Source: Anolis carolinensis
Taxonomy: Eukaryota
Length of the DNA: 64,000 bases
Reading direction: 5' to 3'
NCBI RefSeq assembly: GCF_035594765.1
Contig: NC_085841.1
Location: 173,833,574-173,897,573 of the forward strand
In this document: positions 38,707 to 51,789 of the stretch, piece by piece
Position numbering within the stretch: the first letter of the stretch is position 1
Layout: each line of letters opens with the position of its first letter
The notes under the pieces: generated by a model
What the model was told of the DNA's origin: nothing
The model's database searches: none
What the model saw: the letters and a program-made list of their open reading frames with translations, nothing else
Made by a program: the position numbers and the translations under genes

Positions 38707-40221
38707 GCTTCAGTGCAGGGAAAGATACAAAATAGCCATAAGGAGGGATGTTAGAGTATGGAGATTCTTTTATTAGAGGTTTGTTACATAGTTAAAAGTT
38801 TGAAAGGCACAGGGAAGGAGCAGAAAATACATCTTAAGTTGCTGCTGGGACATGCAGGCATGGCCGGATTGATCCCAGCATGGCTCCTTCTGATCGGCAG
38901 AATTCCCTGCTGCAGGTCAGATTAAGCTGAATGCAGATGGCCGCCCGGGTTCGACCACAGCTATTCGTTTTTATTGTTTGCCAGTTTAGTAAATGGAAGA
39001 ATATGGTTCTGGCTCTCTTTTGCAATATACAATTTCTGTAGTTTACTTATAACACAAGGGAAGATGCAAGATTGAGAATGATCCTTAATTTGAATGTGTC
39101 TAGAAATAGCATACAAATTTCATGCAAATCCATATAATCTTTTCTCTACACAAAATGAATTCTCAACCATGATTTTACAAATAAATACAGTTTTCAGAAG
39201 TTTTAGTTTCAAGGCTAAAGGCTGTGCTTAACCTTTTTGAGTTTGTAGCTGTAAGCAAACATAAGCAATCCTATGGCAGGTATCCTGAAACCCTTCAGTA
39301 AGAAAAGCAGGTGGGTCACATTTGAACAAAAAACATCTTGAAAAAGAAATGGTTAAGCTTACGACCCCATTTCTACCATTCACAAATGCAGCCTCACAAG
39401 GTTTTGTAAAGCACTTGATGGCCTTTATTTACAAAACAAGCAAGGCCAATTTTGACCTGAGTTCAGGCCACTGATATATCTGCTGCCATACGTGTGGAGA
39501 ATGAGTTGATTGGATTCACCCTGAGTATATCATGTTTAAACATTCTTTACCAAATATAATTAGAGCTTAAATATATTAATAATTTCAAGCACTTTGGAGA
39601 TTTAGATTCTACAGAAGTGTTTGCAGTTCTTATGACTCACTGCTTTCCTCAGTTTTCACTCATTTAAATGAAAGAAGTTCAAATAATAATCCTCATTTGC
39701 TTTACCTTCTGGCATTTCTTAAGCATTTCTTCTGGATTTTAACACAGTCACCACAGATCTTTGAAATGACAGCTTGAGTGACATCTATTTATACAAATAT
39801 AAGGAAAAAAAGGGTTCCCTGTATGAATATCTATATTAAAGAAAATTAAAATGCAAATGCCAAAGAGAGTTATTTACTTAGTTCTGCCGGCTAGCACATG
39901 GGAAAGTCTCACATAGGAGTAGAAAGATCTAATTATTTTTAATATTTAAAAAAAACCATAAAGATTGTTCTTCATATCTCACTTGGGTTTTGAAATATGA
40001 TCAAAAAGCTTTTAGAATAATCAGTGTTTCTATCTCTGTCTGCTTTTTTAATGAAAAGTTTTTTTTGGGGGGGGGGGACATAAATTCATGAGCCTTTTAC
40101 TTCACGTTAACGTCTGCACAATGATGTAGATGTTGTGTTTAAGAAACTCTGATTGAAAAAAACCATGCTAGGGAGCTGTGGCATATCTTCAGTTGCAGAG
40201 TTTGGCACATCGTGTTGACCA

Positions 40222-40830
40222 TTGTTATTGTTAACTGCCCTGAAATTGATTTTGACTGTTGATGACCATTTGAATGAGAGACCTCCAAGTCATCCTATCC
40301 TCTACAATTCTGTTCAGGCTTTGAGGACTAAGGACCCTTCTACACTGCCATATAATCCAGAATATCAAGGCAATTAATCCACACTATCTGCTTTGAACTG
40401 GATTATCTGAGTCTACACTGCCATATACTCCAGTTCAGAGCAGATAATCTGGATTTTATACCGCTGTTTAGAAGGGGTTTAAGGCTTGTGGCTCACCAGA
40501 TTCAGTCTACCCACTTGGACTGTGGGTTTCCTCTTGTCCTTCCACTGTACTGAGCATTATTGTCTTTTCTAGGGAATCAGGTCTTCACATAATATGTTCA
40601 AAATATGACAGTCTCATCTTGGCTTCTGGGGAGTGTTCTGTCTAGGCCTGATTTGCTAGAAGACATTTATTTGTCTTTTTAGCTGTCCATGGTGTTCTAT
40701 ACTCAGTATGCAAATTATACAGATAGCTTAACCTAATTTTTGATTTTTGCAGAGCAATTGGACCACCTTCATCTTCTGCATCCAATTCTGTAGTCTATTC
40801 CATTGCTTCTTAAACTTTTCAGCTTCTGAA
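40222..40830 (-). mobile_element. Old RTE-clade LINE 3' region, interrupted by a MITE
   Basis: cttcacataatatgttcaaaatatgacagtct and agcattattgtcttttctagggaatc read on the minus strand as an RTE ORF end. Confidence 0.6.
40332..40479. mobile_element. Harbinger-like palindromic MITE
   Basis: taa|ggacccttctacac...tagaaggggtt|taa. Confidence 0.85.
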
Positions 40831-41387
40831 AGATGAAATTATTCATATTGGTGATGAAGTGAGAAGAGGGGAGACTGGGCTGAAAGCACTCCTCTGCTCT
40901 CTTTACCAAAACAGCAGGGTTTCAGCCCCAGATGCTAGAACAAAAATTGTTCAAATCATTGGCTACCATCATCACCTGTACAGATTTCAGCCACATTCTT
41001 GTGGTGTACAAATGGAAAAAAAACTCATCATATTAGGAGAAACAAAGGCCACAGTTATATCCAGGAGACCCATATCAGCTGGCATCCAATTGGCATGGAT
41101 ACAAGCTCTTTATTTGTGGTATTGTACATACTGGATATAGACTTTGAGTTTTCTTGCAAACCAATAAAAAAGCTCTACTGCACAACTCTGTGAAGACACA
41201 AAAGTGGCAGAGAAGAATGATGGCTGGAATTAAACATCAGGATTATGGTTGCATAGTATGGTTCTGCAATGCACTTTGCATAGGACTACTTTTGAACCAG
41301 GTTCGGAAACTCCAGTAGGTTCAAAATACGGCAGTCAGATTGATTACAAGAACATCTAGGAATGAGCATATTACACCTATCCTATAG

Positions 41388-41500
41388 TCATTCCACTGGC
41401 TGCTAATTCGTTTCTGGGCAAAGTACAAGTTCTTGGTGTTGACCTTTAAAGCTCTACATGGTTTGGGTCTAGGTTACCTAAAGGATCACCTTCTCCTGTT
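41388..41500 (+). mobile_element. L2 LINE ORF2 fragment
   Basis: HWLLIRFWAKYKFLVLTFKALHGLGLGYLKDHL matches the L2 HWLP...FKxLxLTFKALHGLxPxYL motif. Confidence 0.8.
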
Positions 41501-41778
41501 TCAAATAATAATCCATAGTTATGCATCTATAGCTGTTTCATATTAATGATAAAATAACTCAAAGTACAATCTTGATGGCATTTTGGTCAGTTGCATCTAA
41601 TTATATTATGGTTGCCTTTTTTGTGCCATATTGTCAGTATAAACACCTCCATGGAATTTGGATTAGTTAGGTAATATGCAAGATTCTTGATATCCTAGTC
41701 TGATGTTACAACCAAAGGCCAGCATCTTTATTTTTATTTTTTAAATATGTATGGTACACTAAGTTAATTGGTTAGTTA

Positions 41779-42156
41779 CCATATAAACATGTATAAGTCA
41801 ACCTCATGTATCAGTTGAGAGCAGGTTTTGGGACCAAAATAATGAATGTGGATGTGAGCCATGGATAAGTTGAAAGTCATTCTTCATCAAAGCTACTGTA
41901 GCTGTCGCCACCACCATTTTCCTGCGCAGGCATTCAAAAAGTCCAGAGGTAGCACCATGGTGGAGAAAGTAGAGAGGATTGCTGCTTCTTTTAGGTTCTT
42001 CCAGAATTGCCTAAGCTCTTTCTGCTCAAAAAAGGGCATGGTTCTTATTTTGATAAGAGATAAGGTGGAGTACTCACATTGTCCCATTGATTCAATTTTT
42101 GTGGCTTGATTTTTTTTAACTAAAATGTCTAAATATATAGATAAGAGTATATAGGG
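41779..42156. mobile_element. Degenerate Tc1/mariner-pogo MITE
   Basis: ta|ccatataaacatgtataag ... gagtatataggg|ta, resembling CCGTATATACTCG-type TIRs. Confidence 0.6.
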
Positions 42157-42683
42157 TAGTTGATTTAGAGAGGCCGGGGTTTTCAGGGAAAAATATAAAT
42201 AAGTCTGGGGAATGGATAAATAACCCACAGGGAAAGATGTATACAAGTCTGGCAAACTGTCTAAACCTGAAGGATATGAAGTATGCATATATGAAACTAG
42301 CTGGTGGGAGATTCTTAATTCAATGATTCCTCTTTGTAAACAAGGTCAGGCAGCAAAATGGAGTAATGGGGGGAAATCTCTACTTTTATAACATCACCAT
42401 CCTCAATAGAGGGGTGGGGTTAGAGAAAGAGCACATTCTTGAAAGGATCTTGAGTGTGCTGATGCTGTCAGTTTCCACTAAACACAAAAATATCACATAT
42501 ATTCTTATGTAAAAAATGAAAATATTGGATAAATTCAGCTAGATAGCAAGCACTGTAATCTTCTGGAAAGCTGTAGTCATCTGGCTCAGTCGACCTAGGT
42601 AGTAGGTGAACTCACAGAGGAAGCAGAGTGTGTGCTGGTCTTGAAATGCCTCATTCTATTTTAGCTGCTTTTATGGTCTAGAG

Positions 42684-43014
42684 CAGGGTCTCTTAAACTT
42701 TTTACATAACCCCAAGTATATAAAATAGGTATAAAATCAAAAATTTTCTGATAATAAATCAGCATTTGCAAGGATTGTGAAACTGGCGGGTTTTTCTTTC
42801 TGTGGAATGAGGCTAAAACATTTTCTGAAGAGTCCACTGTAAATACTGACCATTGTTCCTAACAGATGTGTGTAAATGAGTGGCATTTAGAAACCTTTTA
42901 CTGTTACCAAATATTTGGTAATAGTAAATAAATAATAAAATAAATTTTACTGTTACCAAATAATTTGTGACCCCAATATTGAGCTAAGGGGATCCCACAG
43001 TTTAAGAAGCAGTA
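42684..43014. mobile_element. hAT MITE
   Basis: cagggtctcttaaact / agtttaagaagcagta termini; TSD gtctagag/gtctaaaa. Confidence 0.7.
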
Positions 43015-44844
43015 GTCTAAAAAAAAATACTGTAGCTCTAGTATACTCCTTATTTATCTATTTTGGCTATTTATCAATATAAAGAAAACTCAGAATAATA
43101 TATGAAATGCCTCCAACACCCCAAAACCTGCTTGTAATTACTAGCCCTTCTTTATTATTAACACATATGCCACACTATTAACAAATGAACAGTAATTCTC
43201 AACAGTCACACAAATACAATGATATTGCATGTACCAAGTCCCAGGTGCATTTTATGCAATTAGCACAACATTTAGAAGCATACCTGGTAGCTGTCAGAGT
43301 ATATCAAGTTTGTATAGTTGTAGGTAGCCTGATTCCAGAAATTGATGAGCCTGCTGTTAATACTAGTCACTAGTGACCAACCATTCTCTAGTTGGGACGT
43401 TCACCCATGCCGCCTCTGTAGAACCATGTAATCTGTCAAAGCAATACAAAACTTTACTGCTTCAAGGAAGAGTTTTGCATATCCACTCATGTTCTATGGC
43501 TATGTTCTATTCCCGGGAGGATAAAGGGTTCAGCTGAATGAAAGCGGGTATTTACTGAAGTCGCCTCTAATAGAACATGACTGAAACCTCCAGGTTAGTA
43601 TGATATTAATAACACTAGAGAGTAATAAATATGCTTTATGAACAAGGTGGAAGGAAACACAATAATATCTTTATTTAAAAACAGTTTTATAAAATATGCA
43701 TAATGGGGATAAGTAGACTAAGAATTAAAATTGCATTTTTTATCAATTGAAATGAAGTATTTGGTTTGCAGCTAATTAATTAATTCACTTAATCTATAAT
43801 CTCATGATCTCTGAGACACTATTTTTGGGGCTATCACATAGACTCTCCCCTTGAGGCCAAAAAAGATATCTCTGATCTTAGAGTGGGAGGTCTGGCCTGA
43901 TTTCCCACCTCCCAACCATCTCAGATATTTTTGCAGCCATCTCCTGTAAGTCCACTGAGTAACATGAGGAGATCAGGAGCATGGGAAGTGGAGGGCTTTA
44001 TGTGTTTCTCTCCATCATAAGCAAAATAATTAGATACATCCTAGCTTTTGAGCACCACAAAAATGTGGGGTGGAATAGCGGGCCGCACTGCCTAAAAACA
44101 GCTTTCGGGAGCTATGGCTCCTTGGCTTCATCTCCCAGTACAGGATCTCAGCTCTAATTTTTATCATTTCTATTCATATTCATGTCTGTCACTTTTTAAA
44201 TCTGTGCTTGCGATGAAAGTGGGAAATTGTTCTCTATCTGCTTCATGGCGTCTATTTAAATATCGGAAAACCATTATCAACATGTCACCCTCACTTCCCT
44301 GGCTTAGCTGCCTGTTCATTTGAACATATTCACTTCAATACCCAGAGAGATGTTTCACAAGCAATAAGTTACAATAAAACACAAGTGCAGAAAAGCTGTT
44401 TCCTGAAAGAAAGAAGAAAGGGCATTTGGCTGATACAAACTCCATTTGGATATGTGTTATTTAATTCCTTGCAGAAGTGTTTATTGGTTTGGTTCAGGAT
44501 AATAGACTACATAGAGAAAAGGCAGGTATAGGTTCATGCTCCAAAATGAAATTTGCAGGTTCTATATAAAAATTCAAATGGGCTTTCACTTTTACAGCCT
44601 TAAAAATAATGGGTAGATGGAAAGGTAGTTCAACAATGCCCAAAGGAGCAAACAGTTGCTTAATGAGGATGCACAGAATGGAATTAAATTACAGGCTAAT
44701 AAAGATAAATTCAAGGTGGGATGTTGCAGGAATCATATAATTTCAATAGCACTTTTATCCATCAAGATGTGTCTATTGGAAAAATAAGCATGGACCAATA
44801 CATTTTGATTTCTCATGGCATATCTAGCCACCAGTATGCCAATA

Positions 44845-45611
44845 CAAGCAGTTCCCAAGTTACGGACAAGATAAGTTCTGTAGGTTTGTTCTTAAGTTTA
44901 ATTTGTACGTAATTCGGAATGGGTAAATTTTAAAATATAACTGCAGCTACACACACACATGCACAAACACACGCACAAACAGATATACAGTAGAGTGTCA
45001 CTTATCCAAGCTAAATGGGCCGGCAGAAGCTTGGATAAGCGAATATCTTGGATAATGAGGGATTAAGCAAAAGCCTATTAAACATCAAATTAGGTTATGA
45101 TTTTACAAATTAAGCACCAAAACATCATGTTATACAGCAAATTTGACAGAAAAAGTAGTTCAATACGCAGGAATGTTATGTAATTAATGTATTTATGAAT
45201 TTAGCACCAAAATATCATGATATATTGAAAACATTGACTACAAAAATGGCTTGGATAATCCAGAACCTTGGATAAGCGAGGCTTGGATAAGTGAGACTCT
45301 ACTGTACATACATATTTTGGATAGCATAGGGACGGCTTAACATCTCTGTGGTGTTTGTTTTGCTCTCTGTTCAGAAGATTTCACTTCACTTTCTGTCCCT
45401 GTGATAATTAGATTTTGAAAAAAAAATGGTTTATTGTGGAAACAAGGATTGGTGGTAAAGTTTCAGTGGAGACACCTTTCCCCCATGATAACTGTTCCAG
45501 GAGTGCATTTCCCTTCCGAGGGGTAGATTTCTCTCACTTCCTGTTGACTCTCCCCCATTCTTAAATATGAGTCATTTGTAAGCCAAATTTTTGTAACTCT
45601 GGGACTGCCTG
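44845..45611. mobile_element. Tigger-like MITE hosting a nested mariner MITE
   Basis: TA|caagcagttcccaagttac ... gtaactctgggactgcctg|TA. Confidence 0.8.
44988..45304. mobile_element. Tc1/mariner MITE (nested)
   Basis: TA|CAGTAGAGTGTCACTTATCC...GGATAAGTGAGACTCTACTG|TA. Confidence 0.92.
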
Positions 45612-45779
45612 TATAGTCAAACTAGTGAGGTGATTGTCATCGTTAGAACAAGTCAGAATTTTGTATAAGTTGCACAAAGCTGACAGTGGAGAGATGTTAA
45701 AGAAATGGAATTGTTGTGAGCTGCTGGATTTTTAAAATCTTAAAATTCATAATTTCTTGTCTGTGCTTGCATCCTGCTT

Positions 45780-46414
45780 GCTCACCAGCACTGAAGACAA
45801 GGACAGAGGCTTTATTTTCAATTTGCTGAAGGGATGCAATGTACAGCAAAAGATGCCAAAATGTACAAGCATAACCATATTAGAATGTGTAATCATTTTT
45901 ATAGAGTAAAAACTCATGCATTAACATTGTTTTTATTTAATTTTCCCTCACCTGTCCATGATTGGTTAAACACAGAAGCTGGCTGGCCACACCCCCGCTT
46001 CTGATTGGTGCAGGCTCCGGTGACGAGGCTGGGGATCCCTTCCCTGGTGGGCAGGGAAGCCATGGGGTGGCCAATCAGCTGGCTGGGAGTGTCTCCTTGG
46101 GTGGAGGGAGTTTCCAGGAAATACAATCTATATTTGGAAGGCTTGAGTTTAAATTTTAAAGACAATTGATGTCCAGGTATGGAGATGACAAGATTATGCA
46201 GATACAGATTCCAGGATACAAGGGACAATGGGAAATGATTCTCCGAGTCTGCTCTCAGGCTGGTCAAATAAATAATTGTCCATTTTGGATATTGGAGTGA
46301 TCAAAAGTCCTTTGTGCTGGATTTGTATAGCTGATGGATCAGTCACACTGGGGTGACTTCAGATGGGAATCATAAGCTCACCAGCTGGAGTTGTTTGTTC
46401 CTGTTTAACTTTCA
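45780..46414 (-). mobile_element. Second ERV-like LTR (left boundary approximate), with probable internal sequence to about 47300
   Basis: Minus strand starts TGAAAG after GAAGG; CCAAT boxes; TATAAAAA at 45896-45903; AATAAA at 45811-45816. Confidence 0.6.
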
Positions 46415-49400
46415 CCTTCTGCTTGAGGAACAGTGGGACATTCTTGGGGGGTTGTGGTCTCTGCCCTGGGTCAGACAGAGTTGAAGAAGTCAGTGCTGGT
46501 TGCCTTTATTTAATGTTCTCAAAATATAAAGTATATTTCATAAAAGAGGTGGGGAAGGGAGATAACAGATAAGGTAAATCATATTAGTTACATTTGAATA
46601 TTGTCCATTTTTAACGAGTGTCCAACTTATGTGCATGTGCGCATGTGAGGATCAGCAGAGGTATTTTGTAATCAATGAATCGTTGATAGTCTTCTGTCAG
46701 CAGATTCGCCCATCCAGAGAGTTCAGGAAATTCCTCCAGGAGGTCAGCTAGGGATGACGACCCTGGTGGCTTGTTCAGGCAGAAAGCATAATTTGATTAA
46801 TATATTAGATCAGATGGGCAGAGACATAGAGGAGAGGCTACGACAGAGGATAAAAGCCTACAGAAGGCTGCAGAAATGGAAGCTGCAGAAATGTGAAAAA
46901 AGACACATTGGGGAGGAAAAAAAATACAATTTATCAAAAGGGGAAATTGGGGCTGTTTTATGTGATAGATAAACTGCTACAGATCCCATTTGGATGTGTG
47001 CCAATACGGATCAGCAAATATCTGTGGGTTAATAGTAAAAAGGAATAAGGGTGTATATATGAAGGATTGACTTTTGGAGATCTGTTGCTGTTGGTTTATC
47101 ATGGAGGTCGAGAGGACCTTTGGAAGGGAACAATTTGCTTTAGCACAGGTGTCCTTGGTGGACTATAAGCCCCATGGGTCCAAAGCCCCATCCTAGCATG
47201 CTGTCACATGACACAGGGCTACTTCTGACGAAGCTCCGCCTGGCTCTGTGCACTCTGCATCTCAGCAGCGTGCTAAGAGGTTGCCCTGAGAAAACAGGTG
47301 ACTACCTGTGTTGTCATAGAGTAAGCCGGAGACAACACAGGACCAAGCCAGGGACAAACAGAAAATTGTGTGATAGTAAGGGGGCAATGTGGGGTGCTGC
47401 CCCACAAATTCTCCCACTGTCCCCTGGCATCAGGACCGCCATGTGATGAGGTCCTATGAGTCAGACTTTAGTTTTCTCTAACAGGAACTTCAAAGGCAAG
47501 CTTTCCCACCCACAGAAATCTTCTTGCAAGAGAGAAGTGACTTCTATACATTTGTGTCTTGACAACTTGAAATTTGAGTCTTCATTTCACATTAGCAGCA
47601 ACATTTATTATAGAAGAACGATGGTTGTTAGAGCAAGGAGAAAAAATGCTGGGAACAATTCTCTCTCTGGCAAAATGGTACATTCACATACTGATAACTG
47701 CCGTTAGCACAGCAACATTCGGCATGTACAGCTGCAAGGCTTATTAGAATTCCAGTGAACAAGCTTCTACAATTATGATTTGATTTTAATTAGTTTAGAT
47801 ATTAGCAGAATGAGCCCCAGCAGCCTTTAAATGTCACTGAGTTTCCCAGAATGCCAAGGGGACATCAACTATCTTAACTGGCACAATCCAAAGGCCCTCA
47901 GGAAAACCAAGTAAAAGTCAAGGAATATCAAAGATTCATATATACTGTGGTCATCCACACTAATCACCACTGAGTCTGTTACATGTCTCCTTGACTTACA
48001 ATTCCAAAAACCCTTTAACAGAAGCACATTTTAATGATTTCCAGAAATTATCTACTAAGGGCATGTGTAACATGTAGACATTGCACTGCCCACTGCCATG
48101 GTGTCTATCGGTTGTCTATGGAATGCAATTTGCATGGTTGCAAGATGTACCTTTTCTGGAATTCTTCTGTGCAGTCCTGTGGAGCACAATATTCTGAGCT
48201 GCTTGGGCAATGATTAGCCGAAAAAGTGGTGATTTGCATGACTGAAGCACAGTAACCAGAAAGCTCTTTTTGACTAAAAGTGGCCATTACGTTGCTCCAA
48301 TAGATCTTTCTTGCTTTTGACAATTGGAGGTTATTACAAATTCTTCAAAGTGTTTAAAATAGTGTTGGTGATTTATTTATTTATTAAAATGGTACAACAA
48401 TGTTTGGTTGATTATTTAGCAGAGTTTAGAAAAGTACGTTTTTGGACAACATTTCCCAAATCCGTAGCTAGCATGCTCTTACTCACAGAATCATGGAGCC
48501 TGAGTGCTGGAAGGTACTACAAGGTAGTCCAGTCCCCTACCATTCAGGAATGCATAACTAGATCTATTCCTGTAATTTGAATCCATTGGTTCATGTTCTA
48601 GTCTTTGGAGCATCAGAAAACTATAGGAATTGTTTGGTTTTATATATCAAGCAAATGGAGCATAGTCAGCACAATATGACTTTGTGGTAGAAAACAGAAT
48701 GCTTTGTTTAAAAGTATGTTTATTGTTGCAGGAAATCAATTTTGGATAGAAAAGAGAATAGACAAAAATGTACCTAAACCTTAGCATAAGAGTCCCTAAA
48801 GCTGATTTTCATGTGTGGGTTGAAACCATTCTGAAGCTAAAAGCCTCATGAATGATTTGATCTGAGACAAAGGATCATAGAAGAATAAGGAAATTATCAC
48901 ACCAGTCAGATTGCCATGTTGGAGATCCCTAGACATGAATAAAAACATGTTTACAGCATGGTGTTGACCTAATCTCATCTCAAACCAAGCTTCAAGTCAT
49001 GTCAAAATTGTATTAAATGAAAATTATTACCGTCCATCTTTTGTTGTCTCTTGACTTCTGAATGTGCTTTCTATCAGCTTTAGAAAATATATATTACATT
49101 GTAGTAAGAGCAACCAACTTAAGCAACTCATTTTTGGAGATGTGGTGTCTACTGTGGGCTGTCCTTCCTGGTCACAACTGGAAAAACACAATCCTCCCCC
49201 GCCCCCAATCTGATTGCTCTACTTCTCAGCTGCAAAGGAAAAGTTTGACACTTTCTCCCCCTCCTTTCTTTTAAACACATTTAAATAGAGGAACTCTAAT
49301 GTTCCTTACTTGCAACAAGCCTTGTTAATTAAATGTTTGCTTTTCTTTCAAGCCAAGAACATTTTGCAGAACATCTTACTCTTGCCTGCTTTTGTCTCAT

Positions 49401-49459
49401 TGCAAAAGCTTAAAAACTAAAGCACACCTCAATGGCTAAATAAAAATCAACATTGCAAA

Positions 49460-49463
<4 letters not shown>

Positions 49464-49505
<42 letters not shown>
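49464..49505. repeat. (TA)n microsatellite
   Basis: Direct inspection. Confidence 0.95.
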
Positions 49506-49508
<3 letters not shown>

Positions 49509-49911
49509 TATAAATCACCAGAAATTAGAAATTGTGATAATAGGAGAGTTAAGAGGGTGTGCAGTCTTATCTAAAAATAACAGAAAAGGAGGGCGTGTAT
49601 AAAGATGGGCATCTGGAAAGAAGAGAAAAGTGGCAGGGGCGAAAAAGACAGATAACAGTTAAAGAAACTAAGTGAAAAGGGAAGTCATGCACTTTAGAGC
49701 TCTCTTTGTCCATAATTACTGCATACAATGAATGCTTCTTCATTCCCAACAAAAACAATCTTGCTCCATCTTCTACATGACATTTCTTCAGAAATTTAAA
49801 GATTGTTATTATGTCACTTGCCAGGCTCCTTCAAACATTTGCTTTTCATTTGTATTCTTTTTTTTCTTTTTCTTTTTTGCAGTTTCCTCCTTCTTTCTGG
49901 GCCTGAAAGCC

Positions 49912-50379
49912 TGTTAGGGATTCCTCTTCTTCAGAAGAGGAAGGAGAGCAGGAAAGTGTTCATAAATCTGAAGGTGAGTTGGGATCTGAGAAGGAGACTT
50001 TGCAAGTACCCTCATTTCAGGAGAGGCGAAGGGAAACAGAGCAGAGATGTCGTTTAGCTAGATTATCTGCCAGAAATGCAGCTGAGTAATTAGGAACTGC
50101 CCTAGCAGCTGTGAGAGGACCCAGGGCTATAAAACAGAACCAGGTGCAGCCAGCTCTTGCTGGTAACAAACTGACTCTAATGCCTTTGCTCTACGTGTGC
50201 CTGTTCTGAGTCTGCATCTGGATTTATTGCTGTTTCTTTGTCTGAAGTAAGACTTCCTGGCTTTTTTTTTTTGCATTATTCCACTGAGTGTGCTGTAGTT
50301 TATGTTTTGCTGAAGTAAGGCAGTTTTTATTTACTTACCACAATATCTTAAGGCTCTTCTTGAAAGACAAAACAGGACA
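49912..50379 (+). mobile_element. Short Gypsy-type solo LTR
   Basis: TGTTAGG...AGGACA ends; exact 5-bp TSD aagcc; TATAAAA near 50128; 58-codon U3 frame. Confidence 0.85.
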
Positions 50380-50465
50380 AAGCCACACATGCATAGTCCT
50401 TGGAAAGAGAGTGTGTACATGGTGTGCAGGCCCAGAAAGCACGCATGCCTGCCAGTTTCTGCGGC

Positions 50466-51439
50466 TGTGATGACTCATGGGCCTTGTAGTCCTGCTCAGG
50501 ACATTGTAATTCCTGATGAGGAGGAAAACTTGGGTTTTTTACCTTCCCAGTCAGAACTGGATTCCTCTCAGCCAGATCTTTCCCAGGCAGATCTGGGAAC
50601 CTTGCACCTGCAAGAAAGTTGTCTCCCAGAAGTATGTCAAACAACCCCAGAGCCTACTTCTCCCGTGTTCTTGCGCCGGGAGTTTTGTAAACAACAGAGA
50701 AGTTTGGAATCAGCTTCGCGCAGGAGTGCGAGGATTGCAGCTAAGAATGTGGCCAATTAAGACTGCTTCTCGTGAGAATCTTTGGGGAGTCTCACATCTG
50801 GTCTCAGACTTTAGCTTTCGGTTCTGATTCCCAGAGAACTGCTTCGGCGGGAAAGTTAGACTCTATTTAGGTGTTTTACCCGCGTAGTAACTTCGCGGAG
50901 TCAATTCGTCAGCCTACGGAGCGAGTTGTGTCTGGACAGCGCGCTCCGATTCAAGCCTCGCTCCTGCTCAAGCCTTGCCTTGCTATCCAGCCTTCGCCTT
51001 GCTTCCCAGCCTTTGTTTATCTACGGACTTTGCCTTGTTTCCCAGGACCAATCCTTGCCTTGTTCCACGGATTTTACCAAGTTATTCCACGGACCTTGTT
51101 CTTGTTCTTAGTTACCTTGTTCCACGTTTTAAGCCTTGTTTCAAGTATCAAGTTATTTCCTAGCCTTGCTCAAGTTTATGGACTAAAGGACCTTGTCATC
51201 TCCCCTCACTTTGCTTGGCAAAGTGAGTGTTTCGGTTATTGGATTACAACTTTGGACCTTAATATTTCATATTGGACATTATTTCTTTGGACTAATTTTG
51301 ACCTTTCCTGAAAGGTCTGCTTCTGGACTATCTTTTACATTTGCTTTTACTAACCTTATATATTCCTTCAATAAAGATATTAGTTAGATTCTGGCCTCTG
51401 TGTTTGGTTATTGGTGCCTTTGCAACCTGGGTCGTGACA
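50466..51439 (+). mobile_element. Young Gypsy-type solo LTR
   Basis: TGTGATGAC...GTCGTGACA inverted ends; exact TSD gcggc; CpG-rich; AATAAA at about 51370. Confidence 0.92.
50467..50760 (+). CDS. LTR U3-encoded 97-codon frame, putative Pol/integrase C-terminal tail ending in RRSARIAAK
   Basis: Open from LTR base 2 to a stop upstream of the TATA region; acidic linker followed by a basic motif. Confidence 0.5.
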   Translation: MMTHGPCSPAQDIVIPDEEENLGFLPSQSELDSSQPDLSQADLGTLHLQESCLPEVCQTTPEPTSPVFLRREFCKQQRSLESASRRSARIAAKNVAN

Positions 51440-51789
51440 GCGGCCAAGTTGTCACAATACAGACCCCTCTTAAAGAGCCACACACAATAAGTAAAGTTAA
51501 CAAATGTTTATTAAATAATGTTTTGAACTCAGAAACACTTAACTTCAGTGTTTCAACCAAAAGGAAATGTATTTGCTTCAAGAAACGGCACTAAGCAGGA
51601 ACAGAAAGATAACCCAGATTATCTATCTTGATAATCTGGTTCAAATGCAACCAAAAGGTTCACTGGAACAAGCGCCACGCTGTGCTGTGGCACAGAGAGT
51701 CAGGGAAGAGCCAAACACTCTCAAATAAAGAGTGTAAAATGATACCGTTGTCAAAAGCCAAAAGGGGAGCCAAAAACGCCAAGCTAGGA

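Noticed and set aside
43392-43593. Possible plus-strand exon (ctctag...gttagt)
   Set aside because: Stops in all three frames and a weak acceptor.
37242-46414. Single provirus bounded by the two ERV-like LTRs
   Set aside because: The LTRs are not similar in sequence, and the intervening DNA is host-like with old repeats and no gag/pol.
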